Assembly (NCBI GenBank): GCA_043806135.1
Contig: JAZDHG010000064.1
Location: forward strand, 6,535-70,534
Length of the DNA stretch: 64,000 bases
From: Candidatus Omnitrophota bacterium
Lineage (GTDB): Bacteria > Omnitrophota > Gorgyraeia > B26-G9
Direction of reading: 5' to 3'
Shown here one piece after another: positions 16,911 to 26,285 of this stretch; positions within the stretch are counted from its first letter, which is position 1, and every line of letters begins with the position of its first letter. A program made the translations under genes and the position numbers. The notes beneath the pieces were generated by a model, which saw only the letters and a program-made list of their open reading frames with translations, was not told the DNA's origin and did not search any database.

Positions 16911-18290
16911 TCATAAAACATGGATTGCTTTTGAGTGCAATATATGCGCTGCTTCCATTATAGACTCAGAAAATGTCGGATGAGCATGAACAATTTCCGA
17001 AAATTGTGCACTCTTTATTCCTGATTCCATAGCAACACACAGTTCATGAATAATCTCACTTGCAAGGGGAGAGCATAAAGCGGCCCCCAGGATATTATCC
17101 TCGCTGTCGCTTATAAGTTTCACCATTCCCTGTGCCTTATTTTCCACAACAGCTCTGCCGCTTGCCGCAAGCGGGAACTTGGCAACTTTTATCCTAATGT
17201 TTCTCTGTCTGGCCACAGCCTCAGTTATCCCTACACTTGCAACCTCAGGGTCAGTATAAACACAGCGGGGCACACGATCATAATTAATTCTTGACGGGAT
17301 GCCTGCAATATTTTCCACGGCAACTATCCCTTCCCGGCTTGCGACATGAGCAAGATATGTTTTTCCAAGGACATCCCCCACGGCATAAAAATTCTCGATA
17401 TTGGTCTGCATAATCTCGTTTACTTCAATAGTTCCATTATTATGCTTGATCCCTATTGTTTCCAATCCGCAATCATTGCCATTCGGAACTCTTCCCACAG
17501 ACAAAAGAATTTTTTCGCTATTAATATGATCTTCATCAGCAGTAACCACATTAAAGCCTCCAACGGTGAGTTTATTTATCCGCGCCGCTTTTGTTTTGGT
17601 GATTACTTTAATCCCCTGCTTCTTCAGCTCTTTTTCCAGAATGAGAGCGATCTCTAGATCTTCTTTGGGGAGAATCTGATCGGTCAACTCTATGATCGTA
17701 ACCTCGCATCCCAAGTTGTTAAAGATATCAGCAAATTCGCAGCCTATTACTCCCCCTCCGATAATCAGCAAACTTTTCGGTATATCCTTCAGTTTAAGCA
17801 TATCACTACTGGACAAGACCCCGGATTTCTCATCAAAATTAATACCGGGCAGATCAGCAGGATTAGATCCAACAGCTATAATGCATTTCCTAAAACTGAT
17901 CTTCAGGCCCTGGACATCAATTGTGTTTAAATCCGTGATCTTTCCAAAACCGTTAACAATATCAACGCCCCGTTTCCTCAACAGGTACAATATGCCCTTT
18001 TTTAATTGTTCTACAACTTTTTCTTTTCTCTGCATCAGGACATTAAAATCAAAACTAACACTGTCTACTTTAATACCAAGCGCCGCAGCATGTTTGATCT
18101 CATGAACAAGATGCGCGCTTCTCAATAAAGTTTTTGTTGGTATACAGCCTGCGTTCAGGCACAAGCCGCCCAAATCACCCTTTTCAATCAGGCAAACGGA
18201 CAATCCAAGCCCAGCCGCGCGTATTGCCGCAACATATCCTCCCGGACCTGAACCTAAAATAGCAATGTCATAAATTCTACTCATAATCAC
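16911..18290 (-). CDS. lpd: dihydrolipoyl dehydrogenase (E3)
   Basis: It has the FAD site GSGPGGY, the redox disulfide CLNAGCIPTK and the NAD site GGGVIGCEFA. Confidence 0.85.
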   Translation of the reverse strand: MIMSRIYDIAILGSGPGGYVAAIRAAGLGLSVCLIEKGDLGGLCLNAGCIPTKTLLRSAHLVHEIKHAAALGIKVDSVSFDFNVLMQRKEKVVEQLKKGILYLLRKRGVDIVNGFGKITDLNTIDVQGLKISFRKCIIAVGSNPADLPGINFDEKSGVLSSSDMLKLKDIPKSLLIIGGGVIGCEFADIFNNLGCEVTIIELTDQILPKEDLEIALILEKELKKQGIKVITKTKAARINKLTVGGFNVVTADEDHINSEKILLSVGRVPNGNDCGLETIGIKHNNGTIEVNEIMQTNIENFYAVGDVLGKTYLAHVASREGIVAVENIAGIPSRINYDRVPRCVYTDPEVASVGITEAVARQRNIRIKVAKFPLAASGRAVVENKAQGMVKLISDSEDNILGAALCSPLASEIIHELCVAMESGIKSAQFSEIVHAHPTFSESIMEAAHILHSKAIHVL

Positions 18291-19993
18291 ATCTCCTGCG
18301 GAGCCTCAACTCTCATTATCTTCAAACCTAAAGCGATCACTCTACCCACAGCATCAATTAAGAAAAATCTAGCCAATGACTTTTCTATGTTTTCCTTGCC
18401 TTCAGAATATATCCTGTACTTGTTGTAAAAAACATGAAAATCTCCGGCTAATTCCCTTAAATATGTGCTCAAAGCCTGAGGATCAAGACATTCGGCACAA
18501 TTTTTCAGGATATCAGGAAAACTATTCAATTTCTTTATTATAAGAAATGATTCCTCTTCAACAAGATTGCAAAGCTGCGCAGCATCCAGAGGTTCTTTTA
18601 TTACACCAAAATCTCCTCTTACGGCAATTTCATTAAAAAGTTTCCTGATGCCGCTTATGCGCGCATGGGCATACTGAACATAATAAACCGGGTTTTCCAT
18701 GGAATGCTTTTTAGCTAGCTCCAGATCAAATTCCAGCTGCGAATCACATCGCCGCATCAGAAAAAAGAATCTCGCAGCGTCTCTTCCGACTTCCTGCATA
18801 AGTTCACCCAGTGTGATATATTCACCGGCCCTCGTAGACATAACCACGGGCTTGCCCCCTCTTAATAATGTCGCCAGCTGAATGATCAATATTGATAAAT
18901 CGTCCGGGCTGTGCCCAAGCGCGCCGACCGCTGCTTTAAGCCGATTTATATATCCGTGATGGTCAGGCCCCCAAATATTAACAAGCTTATCAAACCCTCT
19001 TTCAAATTTCAACCGGTGATAAGCAATATCAGAAGTAAGATATGTCATCAACCCGTCGCTTTTGATAACTACCCTGTCCTTATCGTCATTGAATTGCGTG
19101 GATTTGAACCAGGTTGCCCCGTCTTTCTCATATATATATCCTTTGTTTTTAAGATCGCTCAGCGCCGCTTTGATTATATCGAGCGTAATCTGTTTTTTTT
19201 GGCTGTACCAGCTATCAAAGTTAATTCCGAAAAGTTCCAGTTCCTCTTTTATATTTTCGAGGATCTGTGAGGATGCATAATCTGAAAAAAATTCAACTGC
19301 CTTCTGGCTTTTATCATCTATATATTTTTTACCTACCGTCTCGACTAAAATTTCGGCAAGTTTATATAGATATTTGCCCTTATATCCATCCTCAGGAAAG
19401 TCCGCTGTTTTTCCTAATATCTCCATATAACGCGCCTGGAGGCTAAGACCTAAATTTTTTATTTGATTACCTTCGTCATTTATGTAATATTCACGACTTA
19501 CTTCAAATCCGCAATAATTCATTATATTGGCCAGGCTGTCCCCTACCGCGGCCTGCCTGGCATGAGCTATGCTCAACGGCCCCGTGGGGTTGGCACTGAC
19601 AAACTCTATAAGAACCTTTTTCCCAGAGCCTTGGTTATTACGTGTAAACCCTTCTGTATCTTTGCTGATAGCCTGCAAAATATCATAAAGCGCAACCTCA
19701 GAAAGAAAAATGTTTATAAACCCGGGACTTTTAACCTCTACTTTTTTTATTTTTCCGGCAATCTTCAAATCCCGGAATTTTGCAAGCAGCAACTCTTTGA
19801 TCCATTGCGCAATTTCAACCGGTGATTTCTTCAAAATCCTTGCAAGTTTCATGGCAATATTAATCGAAAAATCACCGAAGTTTGTATCCTTAGGTGTTTC
19901 TATTTCGATAAACATGTCCTTTGCGAGAAGCTTATTCTCTCTTAAGATCTCCTTTACTGCTTCAACTATTAAATCTTTTATTGGTTCAGGCAT
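18287..19993 (-). CDS. argS: arginine--tRNA ligase
   Basis: It shows the class I aaRS architecture with a C-terminal DALK-type anticodon domain ending ...RM, and the HHGY variant of HIGH. The length is 568 aa. Confidence 0.8.
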   Translation of the reverse strand: MPEPIKDLIVEAVKEILRENKLLAKDMFIEIETPKDTNFGDFSINIAMKLARILKKSPVEIAQWIKELLLAKFRDLKIAGKIKKVEVKSPGFINIFLSEVALYDILQAISKDTEGFTRNNQGSGKKVLIEFVSANPTGPLSIAHARQAAVGDSLANIMNYCGFEVSREYYINDEGNQIKNLGLSLQARYMEILGKTADFPEDGYKGKYLYKLAEILVETVGKKYIDDKSQKAVEFFSDYASSQILENIKEELELFGINFDSWYSQKKQITLDIIKAALSDLKNKGYIYEKDGATWFKSTQFNDDKDRVVIKSDGLMTYLTSDIAYHRLKFERGFDKLVNIWGPDHHGYINRLKAAVGALGHSPDDLSILIIQLATLLRGGKPVVMSTRAGEYITLGELMQEVGRDAARFFFLMRRCDSQLEFDLELAKKHSMENPVYYVQYAHARISGIRKLFNEIAVRGDFGVIKEPLDAAQLCNLVEEESFLIIKKLNSFPDILKNCAECLDPQALSTYLRELAGDFHVFYNKYRIYSEGKENIEKSLARFFLIDAVGRVIALGLKIMRVEAPQEM

Positions 19994-19997
19994 TGTT

Positions 19998-20704
19998 TTA
20001 TTCTCCGCTTTGCTTGAAAATTTCAGGGTCTTCTTCTAAGAGTTTTATGAACACCTCCATAACATTAGGGTCAAATTGGCTTCCGCTGTGTTTTCTTAGT
20101 TCATCAATGGCATCTTCTTTACTCATACGTTCACGATAAGTCCGATCGCTGGTCATTGCCTCAAAACTATCTGCGATTGCCATAATCCTTGCCTCCAGGC
20201 AGATTTTCTCTCCTTTAAGTCGTCCGGATAGCCTTTGCCGTCATAGCGTTCGTGATGCTGACGTACCATTTTAACAACCTTATCTAAAAAATAAAACGGT
20301 TTTAAAATCACGGCACCTGCCAGGGAATGCAGTTTCATCTCTTTGTATTCCTGTTCGTTTAGTTTGTCAGGCTTGGTTAAAATATTATCATGCACTCCGA
20401 TCTTTCCCAGATCATGGACCTTACAGGCCTCTTTGAGACCATCAATTTCATTATCAGGCATTCCCATCTTCTTCGCTATAACACTGGCATAGTGTTTTAC
20501 ATTATCGGAGTGACTGCGGGTTAAATGATCTTTAAAATCAATTGCTGATACAAGCGCATTAATCGTTCTCACAATATTACGCCGCTGCAGCCTGCTCCAG
20601 ACCTGTTTGCTCTTAATTTTTCCTTCTTCTTTACTTATCTTGTAACCTAGGAATATGCCCACAAAAAAAGCCGTTATCGCCAGCAGATAAATCCACAAAT
20701 TCAT
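19998..20704 (-). pseudogene. HD-GYP domain phosphodiesterase (N-terminal TM anchor) interrupted by a single-base frameshift
   Basis: ORF 20153..20704 carries HDLGKIG...HHERYDGKGYP, the HD and HHExxDGxGYP motifs. The overlapping ORF 19998..20183 carries the downstream IAIADSFEAMTSDRTYR motif. The two frames join if one G is restored in a short G run near 20200-20206. Confidence 0.6.
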
Positions 20705-20709
20705 TTTTT

Positions 20710-21069
20710 TTAATTAACCTTCTTATTTAATTTAAGTTTAGGGGCATCTGACCAGAGATGTTCCAGATCATAAAAAAAGCGTGTTTCCTCGTCAAAAATA
20801 TGGACAATAACACTAAAATAATCAAGCACTACCCATTTTGCTTCCCGATATCCTTCAGCATGATGTACACCCATCCCATCTTTACGCAGCCCCTCATTTA
20901 TACCATCGGCAATACTCTTGATATGGGTCGCAGATGTACCGGTAATTATTACAAAAAAATCGCAGAAGTTAGCAGCCTTTCTTAAATCTAGAGCAGTGAT
21001 ATCAACTGCTTTTTTATCAACTGCCAGCTTAACTATTTTTATTACTTTACTCATCAATTTAATCCACAC
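20710..21069 (-). CDS. rsfS: ribosomal silencing factor RsfS (Iojap)
   Basis: DFFVIITGTSATHIKSIADGI...WVVLDYFSVIVHIF is typical of RsfS. The length is 119 aa. Confidence 0.8.
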   Translation of the reverse strand: MWIKLMSKVIKIVKLAVDKKAVDITALDLRKAANFCDFFVIITGTSATHIKSIADGINEGLRKDGMGVHHAEGYREAKWVVLDYFSVIVHIFDEETRFFYDLEHLWSDAPKLKLNKKVN

Positions 21070-21201
21070 TCCCTTTCTTAATTTTGCAAAATGATCTCTT
21101 CTTCACTTACTAAAAATCGCTCAAAAATTTTAATTATAAATCCATAACACAGGCAACGCACAAGAAGTACAGGCAGGATATAAATAATTTGAATTTCCAT
21201 T

Positions 21202-21795
21202 TTAACGATACAATTTTCTTTCTATTATAAATTTATATACCGCATCTCCGATGATCTGTTCAACTGATTGCCCGCTATGCAGCAACTGTCTTATTCGACT
21301 GCTTGAAATATCTGGAAATTCCCCTTTCAAAAAAACCATCTTCTCCGGCACCTGATGACTCTTAAATCCCGGCCGCATGGCTACAGCGAATGTACAAAGC
21401 GAAAATATCTCATTGATGTTTCTCCAGGTTTTAAGCTCAGGAATAGCGTCTGATCCCACAATAAAATAAAATTGTGCATCCGGTTCAGTCTCTCTTAAAA
21501 CCTTAAGCGTTTCCACAGAATAAGAAACACCGCTTTTTTCTATTTCAATCCGGCAGACACTAAAATTAGGCCTGTCTTCAATCGCCAGCTTAACCATTTC
21601 ATAGCGTAATTCAACATCAATAATATCAGGTCTATTTTTATGAGGCGGTTCTCGAGATGGAACAAATAACACATGGTTCAGGCCTAACTGAGCACATGCT
21701 GCTTCAGCTATTAGAATATGGCCATTATGAGGCGGGTCAAACGTTCCCCCGAGAATTCCGACTCTCTTTCTAAACTCTAATTTGTCCATTACCAA
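21202..21795 (-). CDS. nadD: nicotinate-nucleotide adenylyltransferase
   Basis: It carries GILGGTFDPPHNGH, the (H/T)xGH nucleotidyltransferase motif. Confidence 0.85.
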   Translation of the reverse strand: MVMDKLEFRKRVGILGGTFDPPHNGHILIAEAACAQLGLNHVLFVPSREPPHKNRPDIIDVELRYEMVKLAIEDRPNFSVCRIEIEKSGVSYSVETLKVLRETEPDAQFYFIVGSDAIPELKTWRNINEIFSLCTFAVAMRPGFKSHQVPEKMVFLKGEFPDISSSRIRQLLHSGQSVEQIIGDAVYKFIIERKLYR

Positions 21796-23026
21796 TGACC
21801 ATGTATTTATAGGTGGTTAATTCCTTGAGTCCCATCGGGCCGCGGGCATGGAGTTTATCTGTGCTCACCCCGATCTCCGCTCCTAAACCGAACTCATTGC
21901 CATCTGTAAACCGGGTTGAAGCATTAAGATAGACGCATGCAGAATCAACTGATTTTAAAAATTTCATGCCGTTTTGGAAATTCTCGGTAATGATCGCATC
22001 TGAATGTTTAGTTCCGAACTTTACAATATGTGCCAATGCCTCAGCCATGGAATTGACAACCTTTACAGATAGTATCAGATCAAGAAATTCAGTAGCATAA
22101 TCCTCATTAGTTGCTATTTTAACGTCCTTTACAAGCTTTATTGTCTTTGGACATCCTCTGATTTCAACTTTTGCTTTTTTTAATCTTTTAACGATTCGCG
22201 GTATAAATTCCGATGCTATCGATTTATGAACAAGCAAACATTCCATTGCATTACAGGTTGACGGACGTTGTACCTTAGCATTAAAAGCAATTTCCTCAGC
22301 CATGCTCAAGTCAGCATATTTGTCAACAAATGTATGGCATATCCCCTTGTAATGCTTTATTACCGGTATTTTCGAGTTTTCAACAACACTTCTGATCAAA
22401 GATTCTCCACCGCGGGGAATGATCAGATCGATATATTCGGATAAACTTAACATTATTAAAACAGCCTCACGGTCAGTTGTGGCAATAAAGCTGACGCACC
22501 CATCAGGGAACCCGCATTTAGTAAGCGCCCTGGAAATGGCCTTGTAAATTGCAAGATTGGAATGTATTGATTCTTTGCCTCCGCGTAATATTACAGCATT
22601 ACCTGACTTCAGACATAATGCGGCACAATCGCTGGTAACATTAGGACGCGATTCATATATTATTCCAATTACACCAAGCGGAACACTCATTTTGCAGATA
22701 TTTAAACCGTTAGGTCTTCTCCACATCTTTATTGCCTCACCTACTGGATCAGCCAGCGCAATCACAGACTTAAGATCATCACTCATTTTTTTTATTCTAC
22801 TATCATCGAGCGTAAGTCTCTCTATAAAAGCAACGGAACTTTTCTGGAGTTTTGCAAACTCTATATCTTTTTTATTGGCCTTTAATATTGCCTGCTTACC
22901 TTTAAGCAAACTCTCCGCCATTGCCTTCAAAGCTTTGTTTTTTTGCTCAGTCGACAGCGTTGCTAAATAGCGTGAGGCCTTTTGGGCTTGAACCGCAATA
23001 TGTAAAATCTCTTTTTTAAAGGACAT
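21770..23026 (-). CDS. proA: gamma-glutamyl phosphate reductase
   Basis: It has the aldehyde dehydrogenase-like fold with the conserved ProA ending ...GLKELTTYKY. The length is 418 aa. Confidence 0.85.
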   Translation of the reverse strand: MSFKKEILHIAVQAQKASRYLATLSTEQKNKALKAMAESLLKGKQAILKANKKDIEFAKLQKSSVAFIERLTLDDSRIKKMSDDLKSVIALADPVGEAIKMWRRPNGLNICKMSVPLGVIGIIYESRPNVTSDCAALCLKSGNAVILRGGKESIHSNLAIYKAISRALTKCGFPDGCVSFIATTDREAVLIMLSLSEYIDLIIPRGGESLIRSVVENSKIPVIKHYKGICHTFVDKYADLSMAEEIAFNAKVQRPSTCNAMECLLVHKSIASEFIPRIVKRLKKAKVEIRGCPKTIKLVKDVKIATNEDYATEFLDLILSVKVVNSMAEALAHIVKFGTKHSDAIITENFQNGMKFLKSVDSACVYLNASTRFTDGNEFGLGAEIGVSTDKLHARGPMGLKELTTYKYMVIGNGQIRV

Positions 23027-23333
23027 TACATCCTCCTGGTATAATCTTCAGACATAGTTATAGTGATTATACCTGATTACTAAGATTAATAAAGATTATA
23101 CCCTTGCGGGTACCTAACCCCGGAAATCTTCCCCTGTGGAATGAGCAGCATTCCCAGGACTAAGTACCCGAAATTCCAAAAAAATTTCAGGGTGCAGATT
23201 TCTCGGGGCAGCGATTAAACCATTAATCGCCTTCCGTTATAACTTTTATTACCAAAGTTACCAATAATCCGATTTTATATCCTGATGCCTTTAAATCAAA
23301 CATCCTCGCTTCTTTCTCCTTACAGGATGTCTT

Positions 23334-24440
23334 TTACCTTAAGATAACCAGGTTGTTTCTATGCACTACTTCATCATAGGATTTGCAGCCCAGAATCTCT
23401 TCAATATCAGCTGTCTTGGCCTGTTTAATCCTGCTTACTTCCTCGCTTGAGTAATTTACAAGTCCTCTGGCAATCTCATTATGATGTTCATCGCAGATAA
23501 TTACCAGGTCCCCGAAAGAAAAAGCTCCAACAACTGCTGTGATACCGATAGCCAGAAGACTTTTTCCTTTTTTCAGCAATGCCTGTTTTGCCCCCTCATC
23601 AATAATAATTTTACCGCAGTTCTTACAGCTGAATGCGATCCAGCGTTTCTTACCGGACATCTTATCCTTTTTAGGCAAAAACCAGGTGCACAAAGTTTGT
23701 TCTTTAACTATTTGTTCTAAAATATCTTTATTCTGCCCGTTGGCAATAACCATGGGAATCCCGGCATTGACCGCTATCTTTGCCGCTTCAAGCTTGGTGA
23801 TCATTCCGCCCACAGTTGTTTTTTTTACCGTGTCACTGGCAAAGCTGCTTATGCATGAATCTACATTTTCTATCCTTGAGATAACATTTCCCTGAGGATC
23901 ATAAAAACCATCTACATCAGAGAGTATAATCAAAAGCTGCGCATCGATTAATGCCGCGACCTGAGCCGAAAGCTTATCATTGTCACCAAACTTAATCTCG
24001 TCGGTTACCACAGCATCGTTCTCATTTACAATCGGGACGATGTTGTCTCTTTGCAGAAGGCTTAAAAGCGTATTACGCGCATTTAAATATCGCGTACGGT
24101 TTTCTAAACAGTCCGATGTAAGCAATATCTGAGCGGTTAGATAATTATTTTTCCTGAATAGCTGCTCGTAATCAAACATAAGTACACTTTGACCTACTGC
24201 TGCTGCAGTTGCACAAGCAAGCATTGAAGTCGGCCTCTCGCTAAGGGCGAGTTTTTCCATGCCGCAGGCAATAGCACCGGATGAGACAATCACAACATCA
24301 AACCCCATGATTTTAAGCTTTATTACTCCGCTTGTGATCATTTCCAGGCGCTTCATGTCCATTTTACCAGTATGAGAGGTCAATATGCTTGAGCCTACCT
24401 TTACGACTATTTTATCGCCTTTTTTTAATTTAATATCCAT
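23334..24440 (-). CDS. proB: glutamate 5-kinase with C-terminal PUA domain
   Basis: It has an amino-acid kinase N-domain (KIVVKVGSS) and a PUA-like C-terminus. The length is 368 aa. Confidence 0.85.
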   Translation of the reverse strand: MDIKLKKGDKIVVKVGSSILTSHTGKMDMKRLEMITSGVIKLKIMGFDVVIVSSGAIACGMEKLALSERPTSMLACATAAAVGQSVLMFDYEQLFRKNNYLTAQILLTSDCLENRTRYLNARNTLLSLLQRDNIVPIVNENDAVVTDEIKFGDNDKLSAQVAALIDAQLLIILSDVDGFYDPQGNVISRIENVDSCISSFASDTVKKTTVGGMITKLEAAKIAVNAGIPMVIANGQNKDILEQIVKEQTLCTWFLPKKDKMSGKKRWIAFSCKNCGKIIIDEGAKQALLKKGKSLLAIGITAVVGAFSFGDLVIICDEHHNEIARGLVNYSSEEVSRIKQAKTADIEEILGCKSYDEVVHRNNLVILR

Positions 24441-24470
24441 TTCTAATTTCCGGTCTTAATTTTATGAAGG

Positions 24471-25439
24471 TTAGTCTAAAAATAATTTCTTAAATAAAAA
24501 GTCCGTGATTTTTTTTATTCCCTCTCCGGTAACACAGGAGCTAAGGTATATTTTCTCTTTAATTTGTATTTTGAAATCTTTTAAATTTTCCTGAGCCCCA
24601 GGCAAATCCATTTTATTTGACACCAGCACCCGAGGTCTTTCCATAAGCAGCCTATCATATGATTCTATTTCGTTGATAAGGTTCCGATAATCATCAACAG
24701 GCTGACGTCCGTCTGTACCGGACATATCAATAATAAATAGCAAAAGTTTTGTTCGCTCTATATGGCGCAGGAATTCAAGCCCTAAACCTTTACCTTTATG
24801 AGCATCTTTTATTATTCCCGGGATATCCGCGACTACGAATCTTTTATGCGATTGGCTGGATTTAACTACCCCAAGGACAGGGCGAATTGTTGTGAAAGGA
24901 AATTGTGCTACTTTTGACTTAGCCTCAGAAACAGTATTTACAAATGACGATTTACCGGCATTTGGATATCCGATAAGGCCTACATCAGCGATAAGCTTTA
25001 ACTCCAGATTTATTATTTTCTCTTGACCTGGAGCGCCTTCAGTAGCCGGGCTTCCCCGGTGATTTCCTTTACCAGCCGCGCCGCCTTTTGCAACTATAAC
25101 CTGTTCATTTTCTTTATTCAGATCGCGGATCAAAAGTCCATTCTGATTATCACGTATAATTGTGCCCGGAGGAACAAGAATGATACGGTCTTCGCCGTCT
25201 CTGCCTTTTTTCAGATTGCTGCTTCCATTTTTGCCTGATACAGATTTAAAATGCTGCTGATAACGAAAGTCCAGCAACGTATGTACATTGGGATCGGTGC
25301 GCATAATTACATTACCGCCAATGCCTCCATTGCCTCCGTCACGACGGCGATAACGCATCCCTCTCTTATTACAGAAGCTTTCACAGCCCTGGCCGCCGTT
25401 ACCCGCTTTGATGTAGATTTTAGCCCGGTCAACAAACAT
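24471..25439 (-). CDS. obg: GTPase Obg/CgtA
   Basis: The Obg fold N-terminus MFVDRAKIYIKAGNGGQG is glycine-rich, and the G domain has GYPNAGKSS and DIPG. Confidence 0.85.
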   Translation of the reverse strand: MFVDRAKIYIKAGNGGQGCESFCNKRGMRYRRRDGGNGGIGGNVIMRTDPNVHTLLDFRYQQHFKSVSGKNGSSNLKKGRDGEDRIILVPPGTIIRDNQNGLLIRDLNKENEQVIVAKGGAAGKGNHRGSPATEGAPGQEKIINLELKLIADVGLIGYPNAGKSSFVNTVSEAKSKVAQFPFTTIRPVLGVVKSSQSHKRFVVADIPGIIKDAHKGKGLGLEFLRHIERTKLLLFIIDMSGTDGRQPVDDYRNLINEIESYDRLLMERPRVLVSNKMDLPGAQENLKDFKIQIKEKIYLSSCVTGEGIKKITDFLFKKLFLD

Positions 25440-25454
25440 GACCTTTAATTAACC

Positions 25455-25697
25455 TTAGTTAGCACTAACACTGATTACTTTTGATTTGGGAAAGCAAACT
25501 TTCCCGTCAATAAGAGAATATAGGGTATAGTCCCTGCCCACACCGACATTTTTACCGGGTTTAAACTTCATACCGCACTGCCGGATTAATATTGATCCGG
25601 CTCGAACTGCTTCTCCTCCATAATGTTTAACTCCTAACCGCTTTGAATTACTGTCTCTTCCGTTGCGGCTTGCGCCTTGCCCCTTATGAGTTGCCAT
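25455..25697 (-). CDS. rpmA: 50S ribosomal protein L27
   Basis: [24 protein letters not shown] is the L27 signature. It has no N-terminal pro-peptide extension. Confidence 0.9.
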   Translation of the reverse strand: MATHKGQGASRNGRDSNSKRLGVKHYGGEAVRAGSILIRQCGMKFKPGKNVGVGRDYTLYSLIDGKVCFPKSKVISVSAN

Positions 25698-25901
25698 CTT
25701 TTTATCTCCTTTAATGAAGCCATGCTTTACATAAAAAATGATGTAAATTATTTGGCTGAATTAAACCCCGTACCAAAGCGATACTATACCTCTTAGCTCA
25801 AGTGCTAGGGCCTTTAATTAAATTTTTTAGCCGCATCAAATTTTTAAGTTAGCTTTTGGTGCGGGGTAAATATCCTAACTCTTTGGCTGTAGAACCCATA
25901 T

Positions 25902-26231
25902 CTACGCCTTATTTATATTTTTAATAATCAATTTCGTTAACTTTTGTCTGTGACCGGTCTTTTTATGCGAGTCTTTCCTGCGTAAATATTTATAGACCAC
26001 TAATTTTTTCCCTTTTGTCTGCTCTATCACCTCAGCCTCGACCTTTGCCCCTAAAACAAACGGCTGCCCGATCTCAACTTTTTTACCATCAGCAATTAAC
26101 AGCACTTTATCCAGTGAAATAGTACTCTTTGCTTCCTCGTCAAGTTTATTAACCTCAATAACATCTTTTGGCGCAACCTTATATTGCTTACCACCAATCT
26201 CTAAAATCGCATACACAGCATCCACCTCCAA
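25902..26231 (-). CDS. rplU: 50S ribosomal protein L21
   Basis: YAILEIGGKQYKV is the L21 signature. The length is 109 aa. Confidence 0.9.
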   Translation of the reverse strand: MEVDAVYAILEIGGKQYKVAPKDVIEVNKLDEEAKSTISLDKVLLIADGKKVEIGQPFVLGAKVEAEVIEQTKGKKLVVYKYLRRKDSHKKTGHRQKLTKLIIKNINKA

Positions 26232-26285
26232 ATTTAAACTTTCATTTTTTCTCTTTTTCTAAAAAAAACAGTATTAGTGAGTATA

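Noticed and set aside
19998-20183. A 61-aa ORF was listed as a separate small gene.
   Set aside because: It is the C-terminal half of the HD-GYP domain (IAIADSFEAMTSDRTYR) read in a shifted frame. I folded it into the frameshifted HD-GYP pseudogene call.
23100-23230. I considered whether the GC-rich hairpin region between proB and proA could be a tRNA or SRP (4.5S) RNA.
   Set aside because: It has no T-loop GTTCRA-type motif and no acceptor or anticodon arrangement. The SRP domain-IV consensus (GGAA tetraloop with an AGCAG symmetric loop) is not reproduced; here AGCAG is the loop itself. I kept it only as a structured element of unknown function.
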